Source: Candidatus Syntropharchaeum caldarium (GTDB lineage Archaea > Halobacteriota > Syntropharchaeia > Syntropharchaeales > Syntropharchaeaceae). From it: a stretch of 32,000 nt of DNA. Positions 16,646 through 25,375 of this stretch are shown here, piece after piece. The stretch lies in the NCBI GenBank assembly GCA_001766815.1, contig LYOS01000001.1, forward strand, positions 1-32,000, given 5' to 3'. Position numbers and translations under genes: made by a program. Each line of letters begins with the position of its first letter. Positions within the stretch are counted from its first letter, which is position 1. A model generated the notes under the pieces. It was not told the DNA's origin and searched no databases. It saw nothing but the letters and a program-made list of their open reading frames with translations.

Positions 16646-17041
16646 TTACTCAATCTGTAACGCTGCCTCTCTGGCGCGATCGAGAAGAATATCAACGATA
16701 CGTGGATCTGCACCGAAAGGCTCGGCATATCCGATCCTGATCTCAGGGTTCTTCTTCTTGACTTTTGCGATCACTTCGGTGATATCAGATGTTGTGTGAA
16801 CACCTTTTGCTATAAAAACGGGTGAGACGACTATCTTTCCAACACCATTTGATGCAAGCCCCATCAGGACATCCTCAAGGAGCGGCTCATTCAACTGGAG
16901 GAATGAGTGTTCAACGATATCATACACTCCCCGTTCCTTTATCATATTAGCCAGCGCCTCAATCATCTCTCTGTTGTATGCAAGAACGCTCCCATGACCT
17001 ACAAGCACAAGTGCAATCTTATCCTTCTCCATATCTCTCAC
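16646..17041 (-). CDS. cbiX: small CbiX-type sirohydrochlorin chelatase (CbiX-S / CfbA-like)
   Basis: The protein is about 130 aa with VLVGHGS, a PVFIAKGVHTTSDI region and the short single-domain CbiX architecture. In methanogens this family (CfbA) inserts Ni for F430 biosynthesis. Ni versus Co specificity cannot be read from sequence. Confidence 0.75.
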   Translation of the reverse strand: MRDMEKDKIALVLVGHGSVLAYNREMIEALANMIKERGVYDIVEHSFLQLNEPLLEDVLMGLASNGVGKIVVSPVFIAKGVHTTSDITEVIAKVKKKNPEIRIGYAEPFGADPRIVDILLDRAREAALQIE

Positions 17042-17053
17042 ACTCCTTAAATA

Positions 17054-18739
17054 CTATAGATTTAGCAGTTCCTCATCTGCAAACTCACGTTTAATTTCTC
17101 CATCCTTTATAAGGATTATTCTGTGTGTTGTTTCTGCCAGCAATTCCCTGTCATGGCTCACAACACATATCGATGTTCCAATTCTCTTGTTTACCTCTTT
17201 CAAGAGGTTGGAGATCGATCGGGAGGTCAGTGGATCGAGATCTCCGAACGGTTCATCGAGTATCAGTAATTCTGGTTTTGAAGCAAGTTCAACCGCAAGT
17301 GCAACCCGCACCCGCTCCCCACCCGAGAGTTCGTAAGCACGTCGTTGCAATATCTCACTGGGAAGGCCAAGAAGCCCGAACATCTCCAGCACATAGTCCA
17401 TATCAAGATGAACCTGTGGTATGGCAGCATATATCTCAATAAGCTCATCCTCACCGAGTTCAAATCCATCGAGAATCGCATTTCGTGAATCTGGGGGCAT
17501 ATCTGCAAGTCGTAGTACGAAGTCAAGTATGCTCTCTTTCAGATCGAGTTTTTTCGAAAGCTGCTTCAGATCGTCCTCGCTCATCTCCTTGAACTTCGTT
17601 CTACCGCGCACGATCTCCTCAACCGTTGCATGATGAGTCAGACCAAATTCCTGGTGCAGGATACCGATTTTCTGACGGATCATCGCGCTCGCAAATCCAA
17701 GTTTTGTGATATCAACCACCGCGCCATTTTCTGTGCAGAAGTTAAGGCTACCCTCATCAGGTAGTTCTATCCCCGCAAGAACACGCATCAGCACGGTTTT
17801 ACCAACACCAGATGGTCCTATCACGCCGAGAATTTCTCCCCTGAAAATTGTTAGATCGATGTCTCGGATCTCAAAGACTTTAGAGAGGTTGTAGTTGAAG
17901 TACTTCTTTGTTACACCACTGAGCTTAAATATCGGGATGTGATCCTTAAGTGGCGTAATCGGTAAGACGGGTTCAATCCCTTCCATAAATGCAGACGTGA
18001 TCGATCTAACATCTCCTTCTCTGATGATTCTCCCCTCATCGATCCAGATAATTCGATCTGCAAGGCTCTCGTGCAATTTTGGCATGTGTGATACAAGCAG
18101 AATTGAGACACCTGTTGTATCATGAACTTTTTTTATCACATTGATCATCTCACGTTTTGCATCAGGTGAGACCATCGTCAGTGGTTCATCCAGCAGGAGA
18201 ATTTCTGGCTCGATTGCGATCTGTCTGGCAAGCAGAAGGCGCTGTTTCTCACCTCCTGAAAGTGTATGAGCAGGCAGTTCAGCCTTGTGTTCAAGCCCTA
18301 CCATCTCAAGCAGCACCATCGCCCTATCATGGAGTTCTTCATACTCAATCGAGTCATCTGGTGGTAGAATCGTCTCATCATCAGTCTTCAATGCATAAAG
18401 CCTGCGCATAACATTCTCAATTGCTGGTGCAGACCAGAAAGCAAAGGAGCGCTGGAGATGAATTGCGGTCATATCTTTGAGTCTCCTCTTTACCTCTCGA
18501 TCGGAATCGGGCACGCACTCAACACCCCCCATCAGGATCCTTCCCTCATCAAAAGGAAGCACACCACGCAGGATTCGCATCAATGTCGTCTTTCCGCTGC
18601 CACTTCTACCGATTATTCCCAGAATCTCGCCTTTTTCAAGCTGAAAACTCACACCATCAAGGGCTACTTTCGTGCCACCATCACTCAGGCGGTAAACTTT
18701 CTTTAAGTTATGAACCTCAAGAATACTCATACAATTCAT
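17054..18739 (-). CDS. atwA: double ABC-ATPase, methyl-coenzyme M reductase component A2 (AtwA)-like
   Basis: There are two Walker A sites (GRSGSGKT, GPSGVGKT) and two ABC signatures (LSGGEKQR, LSGGERVR). There is no membrane domain. The length and blocks such as AIHLQRSFAFW and ITSAFM resemble component A2 as I remember it. The ABC ATPase call is firm, but the A2 assignment is moderate. Confidence 0.6.
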   Translation of the reverse strand: MNCMSILEVHNLKKVYRLSDGGTKVALDGVSFQLEKGEILGIIGRSGSGKTTLMRILRGVLPFDEGRILMGGVECVPDSDREVKRRLKDMTAIHLQRSFAFWSAPAIENVMRRLYALKTDDETILPPDDSIEYEELHDRAMVLLEMVGLEHKAELPAHTLSGGEKQRLLLARQIAIEPEILLLDEPLTMVSPDAKREMINVIKKVHDTTGVSILLVSHMPKLHESLADRIIWIDEGRIIREGDVRSITSAFMEGIEPVLPITPLKDHIPIFKLSGVTKKYFNYNLSKVFEIRDIDLTIFRGEILGVIGPSGVGKTVLMRVLAGIELPDEGSLNFCTENGAVVDITKLGFASAMIRQKIGILHQEFGLTHHATVEEIVRGRTKFKEMSEDDLKQLSKKLDLKESILDFVLRLADMPPDSRNAILDGFELGEDELIEIYAAIPQVHLDMDYVLEMFGLLGLPSEILQRRAYELSGGERVRVALAVELASKPELLILDEPFGDLDPLTSRSISNLLKEVNKRIGTSICVVSHDRELLAETTHRIILIKDGEIKREFADEELLNL

Positions 18740-18804
18740 GCCTCTTGTAACACTCTATGCCAACGCTAACACCCTACTATGGCAGAGGATAAATAGCTTT
18801 TGGG

Positions 18805-19962
18805 ATGTTGCAAGAAAATAGTTATATCCATTCAGATCAAAATGAACGCACAATGGTTGTTACGTGGAAGGACGAGGAGATTGCAGACATTATGGATAAA
18901 GTTCTCTCGGGCAGACGACTTACGAGAGAGGATGGGTTGCGCCTCTATCGCTCGGACGATCTCTTTCAGATTGGATACATGGCAAATACGGTGCGATCCA
19001 GAATGCACGGGAAAAACGCCTATTTTGTTGTAAACAGACATATAAACCCCACAAACATCTGTGTTAACAGGTGTAAGATATGCGCATTTGCCAAAAGTGT
19101 TGGGGAAGATGGAGCATATCTTTTAAGCGTGGATGAGATCCTGAATATGCTTCGATCAGGCATTCATTCTCCCCCTTTTGAGGTTCACATCGTTGGGGGG
19201 TTGCATCCAGATATCGGTATTGACTACTACACAACGCTTATACGTGGAATCAAAGAAATTTCGCCAGATATCTTTGTCAAAGCACTAACTGCAGTGGAGG
19301 TAGACCACATCGCAAAAGTTTCAGGAATGGATGTTGCGAGCGTCCTCACCTCCCTCAAAGATGCAGGACTTGATGCGATGCCAGGAGGGGGAGCCGAGAT
19401 CTTCAGCAGGCGGTGTCAGATGATAGGATGGGAGAAGAAGATAGAAGGGGATCGCTGGCTTGATGTGATGCGCATCGCACATTCTTTAGGAATTAAATCA
19501 AACGCTACAATGCTTTATGGGCATTTTGAGACAAACGAAGAGCGTATAGATCATATCCTCAAATTGAGGTCGCTTCAGGACGATACAGGTGGTTTTCAGG
19601 CGTTCATACCACTCCCTTTTATGCCAGATAATACCAGCTTTGAGGGAATGCGTGGTTGCAGACGGTGTGGTGGAGTGGATGATTTAAAGACGATAGCGAT
19701 CTCACGGCTTATGCTTGATAACTTTGCACACATCAAAGCATACTGGATCGGGCTTGGCATCAAAACAGCTCAGGTATCGCTATCATTTGGAGCGGACGAT
19801 CTTGATGGGACGATCGTCGATGAGCAGATTTTTCATGCAGCAGGTGCAAGATCAGATGCTGGTATGAAGCAGGATGAACTTATCGGCTTCATAGAGGAGG
19901 CAGGTTTTTCTCCGCTTGAGCGGGATGGGGCGTACAGGATTCTTGGATATGTGAAACGATGA
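18805..19962 (+). CDS. mqnE: radical SAM aminodeoxyfutalosine synthase (MqnE-like)
   Basis: The radical SAM motif is CVNRCKICAF. Blocks HIVGGLHP, NATMLYGH, FIPLPF, HIKAYW and DDLDGTIVDE fit MqnE rather than MqnC by recollection. The true start may be an internal Met (M17 or M28). Confidence 0.65.
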   Translation: MLQENSYIHSDQNERTMVVTWKDEEIADIMDKVLSGRRLTREDGLRLYRSDDLFQIGYMANTVRSRMHGKNAYFVVNRHINPTNICVNRCKICAFAKSVGEDGAYLLSVDEILNMLRSGIHSPPFEVHIVGGLHPDIGIDYYTTLIRGIKEISPDIFVKALTAVEVDHIAKVSGMDVASVLTSLKDAGLDAMPGGGAEIFSRRCQMIGWEKKIEGDRWLDVMRIAHSLGIKSNATMLYGHFETNEERIDHILKLRSLQDDTGGFQAFIPLPFMPDNTSFEGMRGCRRCGGVDDLKTIAISRLMLDNFAHIKAYWIGLGIKTAQVSLSFGADDLDGTIVDEQIFHAAGARSDAGMKQDELIGFIEEAGFSPLERDGAYRILGYVKR

Positions 19963-20780
19963 AACCGAGAGTTGGTCAGATCAAATTTTTAAATTCGCTG
20001 CCCCTTTATGTAGGAATGGAACAGACCGGGCTTATTGACTCGATTGAGCTTGTGAAGGGGACGCCGCGAGAGCTTATAGGTAAACTACGCCAAAAAGAGC
20101 TTGATATATCTGCGATCTCTTCGATTGAGTACTGCAGAGGTGATGAAGAGCTTCTTTTGATCCCTGGAGTTTCAATAACCGCTTACAGATCTGTTGAGAG
20201 CGTGATACTCCTCAGCAAGTATCCCTTTAAAGAGCTTGATCAGCGAACGATTTCGCTTTCAAACGCGTCTTCTACCTCTCAGACCCTTTTAAAGATTCTG
20301 CTTGAGTATTATTACGGGATCAAACCAGTTTACTTTGAGTGTGAGCCAGATCCTATGAGTATGCTCATGGATTCAGATGCAGCACTTTTAATTGGTGATT
20401 TAGCGCTTGTGGCGTCATGGAATGAGGACGATCTCTTTAAATACGACCTCTCTAAAGAATGGCACAGATTTACAGGTATGGGAATGAGCTATGCGATATG
20501 GGTTATCAGAGAAGAATATGCTATAAGTGAGCCCGAAGAGGCTGCAAGAGTTTCACATGGGATTAAAGATGCAATGCGGGCAGGAGAAGCAAATCTTGAC
20601 CGCGTTGCAGCGATTGGATCGGATGAAAAACTTCCGCAGGATCGGCTTAAACGCTATTTCAGGCAGTTGAGCTTCAATTTTGATGATAAAGATATAAAAG
20701 GTATGGAGTTTTTCTTCAAAAAAGCATTTGAGCTTGGTTTTGTTGAACACATGCCCACAATAAGATTTTTTGGAGATTGA
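19959..20780 (+). CDS. mqnA: chorismate dehydratase (MqnA-like, VitK2 biosynthesis family)
   Basis: The N-terminus VGQIKFLNSLPLY is MqnA-like and lacks the SPCPNDT motif of MqnD. The gene overlaps mqnE by 4 nt and lies between two mqn radical SAM genes. Confidence 0.7.
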   Translation: MKPRVGQIKFLNSLPLYVGMEQTGLIDSIELVKGTPRELIGKLRQKELDISAISSIEYCRGDEELLLIPGVSITAYRSVESVILLSKYPFKELDQRTISLSNASSTSQTLLKILLEYYYGIKPVYFECEPDPMSMLMDSDAALLIGDLALVASWNEDDLFKYDLSKEWHRFTGMGMSYAIWVIREEYAISEPEEAARVSHGIKDAMRAGEANLDRVAAIGSDEKLPQDRLKRYFRQLSFNFDDKDIKGMEFFFKKAFELGFVEHMPTIRFFGD

Positions 20781-21840
20781 GATGGAACTGAATTCTGTGA
20801 GGCGGTTTACGGTTGACGAAGCTATGGAACTCTTTGAAACAGATATAATTGAGCTTGGTGCAATGGCAGATCGGGTCAGATGGCAGATCAACCCCGAACC
20901 AGCGGTCACGTTTGTGATCGATCGCAACATCAACTACACGAATATTTGCAAATCCCGCTGCAGGTTCTGTGCCTTCTACCGGGAAGCAGAGAGTGGGGAT
21001 GCGTATCTCTTGAGCCGTGATGAGATCTTCCGACGGATCGATGAGGCGATTAGGCTGGGTGCGACACAGATCATGCTTCAGGGTGGATTAAATCCGGAAC
21101 TTGGGATCGAATACTTCGAAGATCTCTTTGGTTCGATCAAGAATCGATTTGATATCCACCTCCATTCGCTCTCACCACCTGAGATCGTACATATCGCCAG
21201 TATTTCAGGTTTAAGCATAAAAGAAACGCTCTCAAGGCTGAAATGTGCAGGACTTGATTCACTGCCTGGTGGCGGTGCCGAGATCCTTGAAGATCGTGTG
21301 CGAAGCAGGATAAGTCCAAACAAGATCACGTCCCGTGAGTGGCTCGGCGTGATGGAGGAGGCACATGAAATCGGGATGAAAACAACTGCCACGATGATGT
21401 TTGGAGCAGGAGAGTCGAGGCGAGACAGGATAACACATCTCAACGCAATACGGGATCTTCAGGATAAAACAGGCGGTTTTACTGCCTTCATCCCATGGAC
21501 TTTTCAGCCAGCAAATACCGAGCTTGGTAAATCCATGGCAGCACCAAAAGGAACGGGTGGATATGAGTACCTTCGTACGCTTGCAATCTCGCGGATATTT
21601 CTCGATAACTTCCAGAATATCCAGGCATCATGGGTCACACAGGGTTTGAAGATAGCACAGATCGCACTTTTCACCGGCGCAAACGATCTTGGAAGCACGA
21701 TGATCGAGGAGAATGTGGTGCGGGCTGCAGGTGCAACCTTCAGGGCAAATCTCAGTGAACTTGTGGGGTTGATCAAGGAGATTGGGCTTGAAGCACGCCA
21801 GCGAGACACGCTTTATCAACGAATAATAAAGGTGTGGTGA
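20770..21840 (+). CDS. mqnC: radical SAM cyclic dehypoxanthinyl futalosine synthase (MqnC-like)
   Basis: The radical SAM motif is CKSRCRFCAFYRE. Blocks MLQGGLNP, TATMMFG, FIPWTFQP, IQASWVTQG and NDLGSTMIEENV fit MqnC by recollection. Confidence 0.65.
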   Translation: MEIEMELNSVRRFTVDEAMELFETDIIELGAMADRVRWQINPEPAVTFVIDRNINYTNICKSRCRFCAFYREAESGDAYLLSRDEIFRRIDEAIRLGATQIMLQGGLNPELGIEYFEDLFGSIKNRFDIHLHSLSPPEIVHIASISGLSIKETLSRLKCAGLDSLPGGGAEILEDRVRSRISPNKITSREWLGVMEEAHEIGMKTTATMMFGAGESRRDRITHLNAIRDLQDKTGGFTAFIPWTFQPANTELGKSMAAPKGTGGYEYLRTLAISRIFLDNFQNIQASWVTQGLKIAQIALFTGANDLGSTMIEENVVRAAGATFRANLSELVGLIKEIGLEARQRDTLYQRIIKVW

Positions 21841-23060
21841 ACTTGATCATAGAAGGGAGCTGGGTTCTCCCTGTAACGGACAAACCGATCAGATCTGGTG
21901 GAGTTCGCATACAGAACGGGGTGATCAGTGCAGCTGGAAAAATTGTGGATATTGAGAGGGTATATCCAGACGAGGACGTTATCTCTTTTAAAAACGGGAT
22001 TATAATGCCGGGATTTGTAAATCTCCACTCACATATTGAGTACAGCGCGATGCATGGTAGATGCAGGGGTGGTTCATTTATCGCGTGGATCAAAGATCTT
22101 ATAAAGGCAGCACGTAATATGGATGCGAACGACTGGCTCGATTCGTCCAGATACGGCGCAGAGCTTATGATCGAGTCGGGGATCACTTCCATCGGGGATA
22201 TCACAAAGACAGATACCGCTTTTCGTGCGATTGAAGAAGCAGGTCTCAGAGGGGTGGTATTTCTTGAAGTTCTGGGATTTGATGATGATAAAATAGATCG
22301 GGTCATCCATGATCTTTACATACGACTTGAAAAGTCCGCGAATATAAAAAATAACCGCATAAATACGGGTATTTCACCACATGCGCCCTACACTGTCAGC
22401 AGAAAACTTTTTGAAGCGCTTGCAGAGATATCAGATGAAAGAGGTTTGCGGATCATGACACACATCTCAGAGACGGCTGAAGAGGAAGTTTTTGTGAGGG
22501 ATGGCACAGGGGTGTTCGCAGATTCATTTAAAAAGATCGCTGGCTGGGGAGATGTTACATGGGATGGCACAGATCTTGGTTCTGTTGAATATCTTGATGC
22601 ATGCGGAATCCTCTCAGAAAGAACGATTGCTGCACATGCTGTCTGGGTAGATGAAGCTGATATCGAGATATTTAGGGCGCGTGGTGTCTCTATCGCGCAC
22701 TGTCCCAGAAGTAACGCTTATCTTGGTACAGGGAGTGCCCCGGTCAGACGTATGCTTGATGCAGGTGTTACCGTGGGTCTTGGCACAGACAGTCTTGCAA
22801 GCAATCAGAGTATCGATATATTTGAGGAGATCAGGGCGATTGATCGCTCGATAAACCCCGAAGAGCGAATCAGGATGGCAACAATAAATGGTGCGAGAGC
22901 ACTCGGTCTTGGGGATAGGGTTGGATCGATTGAGCCTGGAAAGTTTGCAGATATAATTGTGGTTGAAAATGATTCAGATGACCCATACATGGTTATTTCA
23001 TCATCAAAAAGTGATTTAAGGCTTGTGATGGTCGAAGGAAATGTGCTCTATGAGACTTAA
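21834..23060 (+). CDS. amidohydrolase-superfamily deaminase, putative aminodeoxyfutalosine deaminase
   Basis: The 408-aa protein has the metal-binding HxH (NLHSHIEYS). Its organisation resembles MTA/SAH/guanine-type deaminases (THISE, GLGTDS). It overlaps the mqnC stop by 7 nt. The substrate is inferred from context only. Confidence 0.6.
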   Translation: MVNLIIEGSWVLPVTDKPIRSGGVRIQNGVISAAGKIVDIERVYPDEDVISFKNGIIMPGFVNLHSHIEYSAMHGRCRGGSFIAWIKDLIKAARNMDANDWLDSSRYGAELMIESGITSIGDITKTDTAFRAIEEAGLRGVVFLEVLGFDDDKIDRVIHDLYIRLEKSANIKNNRINTGISPHAPYTVSRKLFEALAEISDERGLRIMTHISETAEEEVFVRDGTGVFADSFKKIAGWGDVTWDGTDLGSVEYLDACGILSERTIAAHAVWVDEADIEIFRARGVSIAHCPRSNAYLGTGSAPVRRMLDAGVTVGLGTDSLASNQSIDIFEEIRAIDRSINPEERIRMATINGARALGLGDRVGSIEPGKFADIIVVENDSDDPYMVISSSKSDLRLVMVEGNVLYET

Positions 23061-24723
23061 GTTTTTTATAGCGCTATTAATCCTGTTTTTCTCGATGCTC
23101 CCTGCTGCGGCCAGTGACGTTGATCACGTCCTTATTTTTGAGTTCCTGCCAAACCCTGCTGCGGCTAATGATGAGGGAGAGTATGTCAAAATCATAAACC
23201 CATCTGATGAGATGATTGATATCTCCGGGTTCATTCTCACAGATCTTGAGGGTGAGATCACAATTCCGTCCGATACGTATCTTGGTCCTGGATCTGATTA
23301 TATATTCGAGCTTCCAGCAGAGGGAGTTGCACTCAAAAACAGCGGAGATGAGGTGATACTGCTTGATAATCGGCGAAATCTCGTTGACTGTGTGATCTAT
23401 GGAGATTCAGACTACAACACGGCGGGATGGCATGGTGAAGGGGTTGGAGATGCATTTGATGAGCGAGTGTTCAGACGATTTTATCCTGATATGGATACCG
23501 ATACAGCGTATGAGTGGCTTCCCCTGAGGGAGTACTATCGTGGTCAATCAAACTTTCTACCACCTCTTCGAGATGTTACAGCCGATGTAACCTGCTTTGT
23601 ATCGCCTGATTGCAGTTTAGATCCACTTTTAGCAAGGATTCGTGCTGCATCAACCATCAGGGCAAATATTTACCTCTTTGAGAGCAGTGCGATTGAGGAT
23701 GCAATCATCGAGTTGCTTGATCGTGGTGGGGTGGCCCGTATCCTCGTTGAACGTGATCCAGTCGGGGGCATGAGCCATTCAGAGCTTCTGATTCTCAAAA
23801 ATATTATAGATCATGGTGGAGAGGTTCGATTCACGAATGATCCGCTTTACAACCTGAACCATGCAAAGTATGCCCTCTTTGATAATGACACCATCCTCAT
23901 CACCTCAGAGAACTGGAACAACGACGGGTTTCCACCACCAGAAACAGGTGGAAATCGTGGATGGGGAATTGTTATCGAGAATGGAGAGATATTCGATGAT
24001 CTGTACGAGGTTTTTGAATATGACTGGCAGCATGGACTTGATCTTTACATCCAGAATATTTACGAAGTCCCAGAAGCCGCATCAGATCATGGACTGTCGT
24101 GGTACGGCAATGGATTTGATCCGTTATCTTTAAGCGGTAACTTCAGTGTGCAGCTTATAATCGCACCTGATAACAGCCTGCATTATGAAACGATAATCGG
24201 GCTGATCAACTCTGCGAATAAGAGCATTTACATCGAAGAGGCTTACATAAGGAGAGATTGGGGCGATCATACAAACCCCTATCTTGATGCCACGATCGAT
24301 GCTGCCAGAAGGGGCGTAGAGGTGAAGATCCTTCTCGACTCGATGTGGTATAATCTTGACAGCAACGCGGATAACGATGAACTCTGCAGGTATGTAAACG
24401 AGATCTCAAAGAAAGAGAATCTGAACCTTGAGGCAAGGCTTGTACGGCGTGATGGAATTACAAAAATTCATAACAAAGGTGTGATCGTAGATTCAGAGAA
24501 AGTTTTGATCTCTTCGATAAACTGGAATAAGCACAGTCCAACATACAACAGAGAGGTGGGTGTCATCATTCAGAACCCTGAGATCGGTGCGTATTACAGT
24601 GAAGTATTCATGAAGGACTGGGAGAAGAGTGGAAATTCATGGGAGATGGTTGTAATCGCTGTGATCATGTTTATATTGCTTGTAACAGCGATCTATTTTA
24701 TAAAGAGAACTCAAAATCTTTAG
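23041..24723 (+). CDS. secreted/anchored lamin-tail-domain (LTD) + double-HKD phospholipase D superfamily protein
   Basis: A signal peptide (FFIALLILFFSMLPAAAS) is followed by an LTD-like segment (VLIFEFLPNP...EYVKIINPS...LKNSGDEVILLD). Two HKD motifs are present (NHAKYALFDNDTILITSENWN and HNKGVIVDSEKVLISSINWN). There is a C-terminal TM anchor ([18 protein letters not shown]). The likely true start is the Met at 23050. Confidence 0.75.
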   Translation: MCSMRLKFFIALLILFFSMLPAAASDVDHVLIFEFLPNPAAANDEGEYVKIINPSDEMIDISGFILTDLEGEITIPSDTYLGPGSDYIFELPAEGVALKNSGDEVILLDNRRNLVDCVIYGDSDYNTAGWHGEGVGDAFDERVFRRFYPDMDTDTAYEWLPLREYYRGQSNFLPPLRDVTADVTCFVSPDCSLDPLLARIRAASTIRANIYLFESSAIEDAIIELLDRGGVARILVERDPVGGMSHSELLILKNIIDHGGEVRFTNDPLYNLNHAKYALFDNDTILITSENWNNDGFPPPETGGNRGWGIVIENGEIFDDLYEVFEYDWQHGLDLYIQNIYEVPEAASDHGLSWYGNGFDPLSLSGNFSVQLIIAPDNSLHYETIIGLINSANKSIYIEEAYIRRDWGDHTNPYLDATIDAARRGVEVKILLDSMWYNLDSNADNDELCRYVNEISKKENLNLEARLVRRDGITKIHNKGVIVDSEKVLISSINWNKHSPTYNREVGVIIQNPEIGAYYSEVFMKDWEKSGNSWEMVVIAVIMFILLVTAIYFIKRTQNL

Positions 24724-25375
24724 GTCGATCACGTGTATCATCAGTCAGCACTTTTTCACCCAATCTTACCAGTTGCCTGTTCAGTTCTGCGAGCAGATCT
24801 TCCCGCTTCGTGCCTTTTGAGTAGTAATCAACCCTGACTGCTATTGCGAGTTTACCTGCAAGGATCCTTGCGATCTTGCCTCTTTTGTTAATCGGTACTG
24901 TATTTATCAGCGGATGCTGGAAGATGATTCCATATTTTGGCGGTGGCGTAGCTTTCTTCAGGTGTTTGAAGAGCGATTTTTTTGCTCCAAGCACCTGAAT
25001 TCTACTTGAAGGCATCTTTGCAAGGTTGCAGATCCCACCTGCAGCAAATATAAGCCTTGCGGCGATGAGTGGCCCGGCAAGTTGAGTCAGGTTTGGCACA
25101 AGACGACCTGTCTCATGATTCAAGAACTCAACGATCTTCACCCGACTATTTTTGAGTTCATCCAGGCTCAGATTGAGCTGTTTACCAACATCCTCTGGCC
25201 CTTTAGATAGATTAAAATCCTGAATATGGAGTGAAAAGACGTTTATCGCCTCATCGAGAAACTCAAGTGTCCTGACCGCCTCAATGAGTTGTTCATCATC
25301 CTCCCTCATGGAGGCTAAACGCTCCTTCACAAGTTTTATCGAAGTATCACGAAGTTTTTGATCTGGCTTTTTCAA
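24698..25375 (-). CDS. Nop-domain protein (Nop5/Nop56/Prp31 C-terminal domain only)
   Basis: The protein is at most 225 aa and has the conserved Nop domain ([42 protein letters not shown] ... [20 protein letters not shown]). There is no room for the fibrillarin-binding N-terminal domain. The track start is TTG, overlapping the aCPSF1 stop (TTGA). The first ATG is at codon 23. Confidence 0.7.
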   Translation of the reverse strand: MKKPDQKLRDTSIKLVKERLASMREDDEQLIEAVRTLEFLDEAINVFSLHIQDFNLSKGPEDVGKQLNLSLDELKNSRVKIVEFLNHETGRLVPNLTQLAGPLIAARLIFAAGGICNLAKMPSSRIQVLGAKKSLFKHLKKATPPPKYGIIFQHPLINTVPINKRGKIARILAGKLAIAVRVDYYSKGTKREDLLAELNRQLVRLGEKVLTDDTRDRPKDFEFSL

